Shown here: positions 55,694-64,000 of the stretch, in pieces
Numbering within the stretch: the stretch's first letter is position 1
Layout: the number at the start of each line of letters is the position of its first letter
Assembly: GCA_964247055.1 (NCBI GenBank)
Contig: OZ176060.1
Coordinates: 124,001 to 188,000 of the forward strand
Reading direction: 5' to 3'
DNA length: 64,000 bases
Source of the DNA: Paragordius varius
Lineage: Eukaryota; Animalia; Nematomorpha
Made by a program: the position numbers and the translations under genes
Notes under the pieces: generated by a model
Told to the model about the DNA's origin: nothing
Databases searched by the model: none
The model's input: the letters and a program-made list of their open reading frames with translations, nothing else

Positions 55694-55941
55694 CAGTAAA
55701 CGAAATTATACCGACAAAATGTAAAAATATAAAGACAATTATTTCTTACAAATAACCATAACTATAATATCTTGATTTTCTTAATTGACTGATTGTTTTA
55801 CACAGCAGATTATAAAGTTAAATTCGTAACACAATCAATTATGTTTTTTCCAATTCGAAAATAATTATAATAAAAAATTTAATGTATGATTGTTTTAGTT
55901 TTTTTTATTTTTACGTTTTGTCCGTATATTTTCAATTACTG
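55694..55941. mobile_element. CAGT-family MITE downstream of ZNF copy 5
   Basis: TA-CAGTAAACGAAATTATACCGACAAAATG ... TTTTGTCCGTATATTTTCAATTACTG-TA. Confidence 0.85.
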
Positions 55942-56951
55942 TACAGTACTCACTTTGATTTGGCCTTTTTTGCATTAAAAATAATTAACTGCTTATCAAA
56001 AAGGTATGATATCAGAAATGCAAGAATGATTTAAAAAAAATAAATTTATATAATTAAAAAAAGGTTTTTTTTTATGAAACATAATTATCTTTAATATATA
56101 AAATAAATTATCAATAAAAACTGATAAAATTGTTAATAAATATGGGTTGGTATTTTTAAAATAACAATAGTTATTGGAAATTAACTATTTTTAAATGTAA
56201 TATAAAGTATTATTTTTAATTTTTAAAAATTAAAATTTTTAAACCATTAAAATAATAGAAAAAGTATAAAAAGAAACGACAGACGATTTCTTTTTTAAAC
56301 GGTTGTTATTAATTGTCTGCTTTTTATTTATTCGAAAAAATATTCAAATTTATTTGGAAAATGGGTATAATTTTTATTTTTAATTTAAATATACATTATA
56401 TGATATTTATAATTATTTCATGTAATTTTTTTATTTTTATTTATAATTTTGTTTTAAATTATTTGTATAAAAAACAAAAAATTATTTTGATATTATTATT
56501 CAATACTTGAATTTTAGAAAATAAATAAATATTAGAAAATTATTGTTTGTAAATCTTAAAAATTAAATTTATAATCCAATGTTTTAGCAATTAATCCTTG
56601 TTAAACATCATATTACTTGTATATAAAAATATATAAAGGTTTTTATTTAATAATTGGTAAATTATGAATTGGATCTAATATTAATAACATGAATATATGT
56701 TTTATTTTCTTTAATACATTTTTTTAATATATTTAATATCAACGCTTTTGAGAAAAATTATAAATTGTTTTAACATTTTAAATAATTAACTTCCATATAA
56801 TATTGTTAAATTAGTATTCATTGTGTTAATAAAATATTTTACCAATCCACCTTTATAAGCGACTTTATGTAACCTTACATTAATAATGGATTTTCTTATT
56901 TTATGTTCAGTTAGTCTAGTTAGAAGTTTATCCAAAGTTTCTCAAATATTA

Positions 56952-57171
56952 CATTAAAATTGAAAGGACAAAACGTAATAATACAAAAACAATTATTTTT
57001 TTCTAAAACTTGATTCAACTGACTTTTTTAAAAAAATATAATATAGAGATGTGTATTCGCAACGGATTCAGTTATATACTTTCAAAATTAATTTAATTGA
57101 TCATTAATGTTTATAAAAGTATGGCTTTTATGTATTTTTACTTTTTGTCCGTATAATTTTAATTTTTACTG
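56952..57171. mobile_element. CAGT-family MITE upstream of ZNF copy 6
   Basis: Decayed left TIR CATTAAAATTGAAAGGACAAAACG; right TIR TTTTGTCCGTATAATTTTAATTTTTACTG-TA. Confidence 0.75.
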
Positions 57172-57293
57172 TATTTAATCAGTAATATTGAACTTACGTC
57201 ATTTAACTTGATTTTAAACCATTTTCTTGGGCTGTGTAGATTTTTCATCATTTATAAATTATTTTTAATTACAATTCTAACAAATTTGTTTAG

Positions 57294-58099
57294 ATTATGG
57301 CGATTCGACCTACAAACTTTGGTGTGATCTCGATACTAAGCTTTATAAAGTAGAACTCAAAAATCAACAAGAAACGTATATTGATAATCCATCTAAACCG
57401 GCCTCATTTCTTCATTTATTGGAAAATGAAGATTTTACAAACGATGATTTACGAATAATTCTGAACGCTTCTTTCCATAACCTTTGTTATTTAAGGGAAA
57501 ACAAAATCGAAAATACTCTACAAAATAATAATTTAAATGATAATACCGAAACCGCCAAAGATACCCTAATTATTGATTTGGTAGGATAACAGATGGAACC
57601 TTTAAATCTTTCTCTGAAAAAATCACCAAAAATTATAAAACAAATTACTTCGGTATGCCCAAATATAGATTCCAATGATATAAGCCTAAATGATATTAAC
57701 AATCTATTTAATGATAACAATAATAATACAAAACCTATTGAGTCCTTAAACACTCAAAAATTGGAGAATGATAATCGATGTATTCACTGTGATAAAATTT
57801 ATATGTATAAAAGCAACCTGACTAAACATATTCTTTCGGTTCATGAACAAATTAAATATCCTTGCAAGATTTGTTCAAAGTTGTTTTCTGACAAAAGCTC
57901 TCGTACTCATTACATTTATTGAATTCATGAAAAAATTAAACACGAATGTCCGATTTGTAAAAAAAATTTTTCTAGAAAATGCCATCTTGCTAGGCACATT
58001 CATTCAGTTCATGAGAAAATTAAACATGAATGTCCGATTTGCAAAAAGGAATATACCGAAAAAAGCAGTATTGCCAGGCATAAAAATGTACATAATTGA
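57294..58099 (+). pseudogene. C2H2 zinc-finger gene, copy 6 (full length, two nonsense codons, 4 fingers)
   Basis: A single frame DYGDSTYKLWCDL...IDLVG*QMEPLNLSLKK..., with TAA at 57587 (GAA in paralogs) and TGA at 57920. It ends HKNVHN* at 58099. Confidence 0.88.
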
Positions 58100-58287
58100 A
58101 CACTTTAAAATATAATACATGTAGCATGTGTTCACATAAATGTATAAAAATTATGATTTTCGCAAATGATATATATTGAGATTCATATTATTTTATGAGA
58201 CGTTTATTGAAAAAAGCATAATTAATAAAATATTTGGAATTCTATTTGACCGCTCTGTTCTGGACCTTTTTTTGTAGAAAAAAATTA

Positions 58288-58541
58288 CAGTAAAAATCAA
58301 AATTATACCGTCAAAACCTAAAAGTATAAACACAATTTTTTTTTTCTTTAAGACAACCATAATTTTATCTCTTTGATTTTCTTAATTATAACTGATTGGC
58401 CTATACTGCAGATTATAGAGTTAATGTTACAATCAAATATGTGTTTAACAATTGTAATTAAGTTTTAAAGGAATGTGTTGTTTTAAGAAATATTAGTCTT
58501 TATATTTTTACGATTTATCTGCATGATTTCAATTTTATCTG
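58288..58541. mobile_element. CAGT-family MITE downstream of ZNF copy 6
   Basis: TA-CAGTAAAAATCAAAATTATACCG ... ATGATTTCAATTTTATCTG-TA. It is at the same position as 55694, 5160, 32916 and 62229; the empty paralogous site is at 22567. Confidence 0.85.
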
Positions 58542-61038
58542 TACAGTACCCACTTTATTGTTCGCCAATTAATACAGTAGCGTATGCTACCATAATTTAA
58601 TAAATAAATTTAATGTTGAAATTTTATAGGTAAAAAAGCTTATTTCACACCGTGTGTTATTTTTTAATCTCACGTTTTATTGCCAATTGACCAAAAAATA
58701 ATGTGAAGCGGCTAACATTAAAGTGGGTATAGTATATACTTAGTTTTCTATCCATATAACAAATAGGCTCGACAGTTAATTGGTGAGCCACGCTTTTTCA
58801 ATGTAATTTTCAGTTATTAAACCTTTCAGTCGATTACTTTTTAATATTTTTAAAAAACTCCGAGCACTAATAAACTAAACTATAAAATATTTACAAAAAA
58901 ATTTAAAAATAAAAATAAAGTAATTTAGTAATTTATGTGCGATACAGACCTGTTTCGTTTTAAAAAAAAATGGCATAAAAATTAAAAAAATATTTAACTG
59001 AATTGCTAAGATTTAAACGATTATTAAATAAATACATTACTAAGAGTCTGTTATATATAAACAAAAATAGCAACAATATATGAGAAATAAAAATGAATAT
59101 CCAGATATAATCCAACCCCTTATTAATATCTCATATGACATGAATGTCTACAGACAAACAATTGTTCAAAAAGTTTAGTTTTTAACCAAGAGTTTCGGAA
59201 TATAACTAATTGTTTCAAATTTCATGAAATAGATATATAAATTGGTAACGCAATCATTTATATTACAATTGAATTAAATAATTTAAAAAAAAATTTAGGT
59301 TAAAAGAGAATAATTTTGAAAAAATTGTCTATATATTTGTTTTGTCTATAAAATTTTGATATTTACAAAAGTTGGATAATTTTTATTAATATATATTGGA
59401 TAACGTATTATAATCACATACAAAATATTGATAGTGTCTTAAAAATTTAAATCTGTTTAGTAATGTTTGATTTTCTGGATAATACTATTTTAAAATTTAT
59501 CCGAACTAACGTGTAATTTATATTTGATGATATATATTTGACTGTAGAGTTCAGATTATACGGAACAAAAGTATAAGGTAAATATTTTTTTTAAAGACCT
59601 TTCTTTGTCTTTTTTATTGCAAAGTATGAAAAAGAGAAATATATTAGACACCAATTATTAATTTTATAGTTGGAATTAAATAGTTTATTAATAAAAACCA
59701 AGTTATTAAAGTGTGATTGTCTTTTGAAACAAAAATTATCCCTAAAATTGTACGTTTTGTCCACATAAATTTAATATTTTACTGTAAATAGATGGCTTAT
59801 TTAGTCACACAATTGTAATTACATCTCTTTATTAATTAGTACCTTCATATTGCATTTTTTACTGACCGCAAAATATATTTTAAATAAAAATAAAGATTAT
59901 TAACTTTTAATATGGTATAAATAGTTAAAGAGTAATCGTTACTCACATTTGCTATTTGTACACCCGTTTTTTCCTAAATTTAAATTTTTGCCTATAATAT
60001 TAGCGTGTGAAAAAATTTATTATATTTTTTAACAATTCATTCTCATATTTTAGTATAATTAATATTCGCAATATGTCTAGTTTTTTTATAGATATATAGC
60101 ATAATTCAAATTCATAGCTTCCAAAAACATAACCTGATAAAATATATTATCATAAAAAACGTATCAGGATTATCGTGTTTCTTTTGATTTACGAGTCATT
60201 TGAAAAATTTATTTACACTTTTGTGTTTAGTGATCGATATTAGAAAATGGCAAATTTTGAGCTTATTTTGTTAAATTTTTTGGTAAAAGTTCGAGAGGCT
60301 TCATGTCGAAAAATATTAATATAATATACTATATATCATATAGGATGCAATTTAATTTTTTTGATGTGTGGTCTGAAATTTGCAAATTTTTTTGCTCAGT
60401 TAATATGGGCTAGTACTTAAAATAAACGCAAAAATGACGGGATTACCCGATAAAAATTTTAAATATATGGAATTTTGATATTATAAAGATGAATGATGCA
60501 AACCTTTTTTAAAAAATCTAATTTATTGGTTAGAGCGTAGGTCATATATTTCAAGTATGATGGAAACAGTATAAAAGTGTTTTAAAATATCATAAAAACA
60601 CTTTTTCTACATAAATCCATGATGGTAAACATTTCTATCACCTGAGAACTTTGATTGTAAAATCTGTTTGTCTTTAAGTTATAAAATTTATTTAGGATCC
60701 CAAAAATTTGAAAGAAACAATTTTTTTTTAAAATTCTGAACCGTGTGAAATATTTATCACTGTTAAGTTATATAGAAAAAGTTTATTAAATCTTAAAGCG
60801 TTTTTTACCCTTTCCATACATATATCTTAAAAACGGGTAACAATTTTCGGATAAATAATAACAAATAACAAACAAACCTATAAACTCCAAAATTTAGCAT
60901 GCATTTTTAATTGAAAATAGCAGAGTCGTAAACCTTTACATTAATTAAAGAGATGGCATATAATTAATTACAATGTACATAGTATTATCAGGGGTAAAAA
61001 TAAATATACTGTGTAAATAAATATTTATTGTTTGCAAG

Positions 61039-61369
61039 TGTTATGTATAAACTTTGTTTTTGTTAACTTAACTCAATTGATCTTATTTTAGTTACCTTAT
61101 GAAAATATAATATTATCCTTCTCTTTTACCTTTGTGCATAATACACCTTTGTACTTGTTACGCTAAAAATGTATATTATCTTGCTTGTGAATGCTTTTAC
61201 CTAAATACTGTAATATTGAACCTTATGCAAATATATAACTTGTGAATGCTTTCATCTAAATATTGAAATATTTAACCTTATGCAAAAATGCAACCTCGCT
61301 CTAAAACTATATATAATGGAACATAGTTTTTTATGAGATAAAATAAATTCCCTTTTTTCGCTTATTACA
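61039..61369 (+). repeat. Probable 5' LTR of a Ty3/Gypsy element
   Basis: It starts TGTTAT exactly where the unit sequence (TGCAAG|GTATAAAT in paralogs at 38.82 and 53.56 kb) is interrupted and ends ATTACA. It has an internal ~57-bp duplication (61180-61290) and is followed by a decayed PBS-like TGACGCGGTCGAT. Confidence 0.6.
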
Positions 61370-61399
61370 TTTGACGCGGTCGATTTTTCCATCAGCTAG

Positions 61400-62150
61400 T
61401 TGGTTCCAAAAAGAAATGGTGTTGGACCGAGGTACACCAAAATATTTTTGAAAGGGCGAAGTTATTAATAGGGAATAAGAGCCGCATCTTTTTTGGCCGA
61501 AATTGAACCAGGATATCGAAAAATGGGTGCAAGGATGCTCAAATTGTCAAAAGTCACGGTTCAACATTGCAGTAAGCCCGACTTATAAATGGAACCCGAA
61601 TACTACCGGTTGGGAGCGATTGCATCTCGATATAGCGGGGCCCGTCGATAACCTCTACTGGGTCATACTTATAGATCACTGCACCCGTTGGGTGGAAGTA
61701 GCACAGCTTAAAACAGTGAACTCGATCAGTATTTTGAAAGTTTTAGAAGGTTGGTTTGCACGATATGGCACCCCAAAGATGATCGTAACTGATAATGCGT
61801 CGTATTTTAAGTCCGGTGATTTTGAAAGAATATTAAGTTCCTCTAATATCAAGCATGTAACCTCTGCGCTATACCACCCTCGGACAAATGGTTTAGTGGA
61901 AAGGGTCATTCAAACATTAAAAACGCACTATTATATGTGTTCTGAAGTAGCAGATCCAGAACGCCGGTTAAATCAGGTACTGTGGGCTACAGATCAGCAC
62001 ATCACAATGGTTTAAATGAGACACCTGCACGACTATTCCTAAAACGAAATATACCGACACCGCTGTCCTGGATGAAAGGCAAACAAAGGATTATATCGAT
62101 ACCTCAGATAATATACGTGAGTTCGTTCCAGGTGAGAAAGTGTTTATATT
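61400..62150 (+). pseudogene. Ty3/Gypsy pol remnant: short RT-thumb piece fused to integrase
   Basis: KKWCWTEVHQNIFERAK, then FWPKLNQDIEKWVQGCSNCQ, LHLDIAGP, IVTDNASYF and HPRTNGLVERVIQTLK (D,D,E). After a frameshift it reads YRSAHH..ETPARLFL..FVPGEKV. Confidence 0.9.
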
Positions 62151-62269
62151 ATTAAATTATGGACAAAATTTTTATTATATCATACGCTTCTGTATTAATA
62201 TTTGGCCAACAATAAATAAAGTACTATACAGTAAAAATCGAAATAATACGGACAAAACGTAAGAATATA

Positions 62270-62355
62270 TACCATTCCCAGTCAAAAAACGTTTTCCCAG
62301 TCATTCGAAACATTTTCCGAGTCAATCGAAATGTTTTCCCATTTAATAAAAACGG
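62270..62355 (+). mobile_element. Left end of a TACC-family element, subfamily C
   Basis: TA-TACCATT is followed by four units TTCC(C/G)AGTCA(A/T)TCGAAA(C/T)(G/A)TT with periods 19, 21, 21. It interrupts the CAGT MITE that starts at 62229. The right end was not identified. Confidence 0.65.
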
Positions 62356-63319
62356 TTTTAGTTTTGATGAATAATATCAAAACAAGATATAAAAACTTTG
62401 AACCATTATCAGCAGAATATTAGGATATTATTTTTAATTAAAAACACAATTATTGAATGACAATTTTTCCAATTATATTCCAGTACACAATCATTAATGA
62501 CTTATTCTTCAAAGGTTATATTTTTGGAATTTGAGTTAAGATAATATTTTTTATTTTATCGATGGTCCGCATTAATATTTGCGGATAACTTAAAAAATCT
62601 ATAGTAATGGAGGAAATAATAAAATTTATAAAAATATACCATTTTTATCTCAGAGGTCATTTAACACTTCATATTATCTTAAACACAAACTTTACTCTAA
62701 TTTTATAATATTTATCATTTGGTCCAGGGATGGCTAAATTGATATAGAAAATGCATTTTTAAAATGGTACAACATTCTTTTATAATATTTAATGTAAATA
62801 TTCTGACACACCACTTTTCGAAATATAATAGGAAATATTTTAATCAAAATTTAATTTCTTAAAACATCGTTTTTGTTAGAGTATTTAAAATTATTAGAGT
62901 TAAATTTTTGTTTGCTTAATAATAAATTTTAATAAATTGACTAATTTCGTAAAATATGCATTTTTTTAAAAAAAGGTAGTTATATGCAAAATGTATAATT
63001 TTATTACAAAATATTATTAATATACTGCTACTCATTTTTCTGCCTTTTTTATGTCATTCATTAAAATAAAATTTAAACTTAAAAAATTTAGCTTTTGCAA
63101 GTATTTATAAAGTTTTAATGAAAATTATCAAGTAAATGTATGGTTCTTATCAGTTAAAATATATATATTATTTCATTGTAAATATTTTTAACCACAAATT
63201 AATTGAACAACAAAAATTAAAATATACAATGAAACGACAGACGATTTCATTTCTTAACGGTTTTTTTTAATTGTCTGCTTTTCATTTATTCGAAAAATAT
63301 TCAAAAATATTTAAAGAAT

Positions 63320-63390
63320 CAGTAGCGTACCGATGGGGGGGCAAGGGAATGCATCATGCCCCGGGCGCCGTTATTTAGGGGCACCTAAAT
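63320..63390 (+). mobile_element. hAT-like left terminus (GC-rich)
   Basis: CAGTAGCGTACCGATGGGGGGGCAAGGG...GCCCCGGGCGCC resembles CAGTGGCGTA..GGGG..GCCCC hAT ends. No matching right end lies in the window. An unrelated hAT-like end, GTTGAATACCCCTG, lies at 63630-63643. Confidence 0.45.
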
Positions 63391-64000
63391 TAACATTTTA
63401 AATTAAATTTAAATTATTCATAAAAATAATAACTTTCAGGTAAGATTTTTCAGCAATTTACGTAATAATCCCTAAAATAATATAATAATTATATAAATGA
63501 GATCAAGAGCAAACATTGTGCAAAAATAAACTTTCATGTATGAATTCCCTTCAACATCTGCCAACTATTTTTTCGCTTAACACTTGGATAAAACACATTC
63601 ATTTCAGTCCTTCCATATAAATTGGGGTAGTTGAATACCCCTGGCCTGTTTAGATTAATTACTTTAAAAACTATCAATGGAATTGAAACCATAGCAAAAG
63701 TTTGCATTTTTATAACCAATGAACCGAAATATTAAAAAAATTTATTCAAAAATACTTGATATAACATATTTTAAAGTAAAACCCAAAGCTAAAAATTTTC
63801 AATATATGTGTGTATTAGCAAAATTAAAAAATAATACAAAATAAACCATTTCTGTTTCTATCAGTAATAGATGGGATTTAACACTTCGATTCAAATTGGG
63901 GTATCTAAATACTCCAGACTAAATTTAAAATAATATTTTCAAAAAACTACTGAAGCAAACAATCCCAATTTAAATTTATGCTTCTATCCTAATAAAAATT

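Larger units (their letters stand above)
56350..61038 (+). repeat. Most complete copy of the large duplicated unit (upstream flank - MITE - ZNF - MITE - collinear non-coding blocks)
   Basis: The same ordered blocks recur elsewhere. One example is the AAATGGGCTA..AATGCCGAGATTGCGCG-like block at ~0.4, 10.6, 20.6, 27.3, 38.35, 43.1, 52.95 and 60.4 kb. Confidence 0.85.

Noticed and set aside
598-56510. Remaining 60-120 aa ORFs (e.g. 598, 2017, 5015, 8625, 10621, 10687, 16451, 20997, 26729, 29921, 31083, 31123, 32893, 38562, 56313)
   Set aside because: They have low-complexity AT-driven composition and no motifs. Most fall in unit blocks or MITEs whose paralogs do not keep the frame.
33440-57922. 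Alternative genetic code (TAA/TGA read-through) to explain in-frame stops
   Set aside because: The stops replace different residues (E, K, L, C, R) and co-occur with frameshifts. The 727-codon LINE ORF has no internal stops.
22787-58115. Overlapping ORFs with NVRFVK / MNKLN repeats (22787, 22791, 33359, 33367, 55161, 55310, 57843) and antisense ORFs at 23164 and 57487
   Set aside because: They are shifted-frame or antisense shadows of the zinc-finger genes.
56952-58541. Composite transposon (MITE-ZNF-MITE) as the mechanism of ZNF spread
   Set aside because: Homology between copies extends well beyond both MITEs, and copy 2 lacks the downstream MITE altogether.
35089-61909. ORFs 35089-35298, 40398-40739, 51911-52123 and 61676-61909
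   Set aside because: They are antisense shadows of the LINE, Harbinger and Gypsy coding sequences.

Overview
Very AT-rich (roughly 80% AT by eye) eukaryotic, probably invertebrate, DNA. I found no rRNA, tRNA or CRISPR and no clearly intact host gene. Most of the window is a mosaic of at least 8 diverged, partly deleted copies, in both orientations, of one ~6-8 kb ancestral unit. Six copies still carry a disrupted gene with a conserved unrecognised N-terminal region, a PLDLS (CtBP-type) motif and 4-5 tandem C2H2 zinc fingers. The DNA-contact residues of the fingers differ strongly between paralogs. The array is invaded by many mobile elements: >20 termini of a TA-CAGT Tc1/mariner-type MITE, three subfamilies of TACCATT-ended foldback-like elements with 21-bp modular termini, a 1.5 kb long-TIR foldback element, a PIF/Harbinger element with hairpins inside both TIRs, two RTE LINEs, a NeSL/Utopia-type RLE retrotransposon fragment, a deleted Ty3/Gypsy element and hAT-like remnants. 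Empty-site paralogs inside the window confirm several insertion boundaries. All homology calls are by-eye motif recognition; no database search was run.
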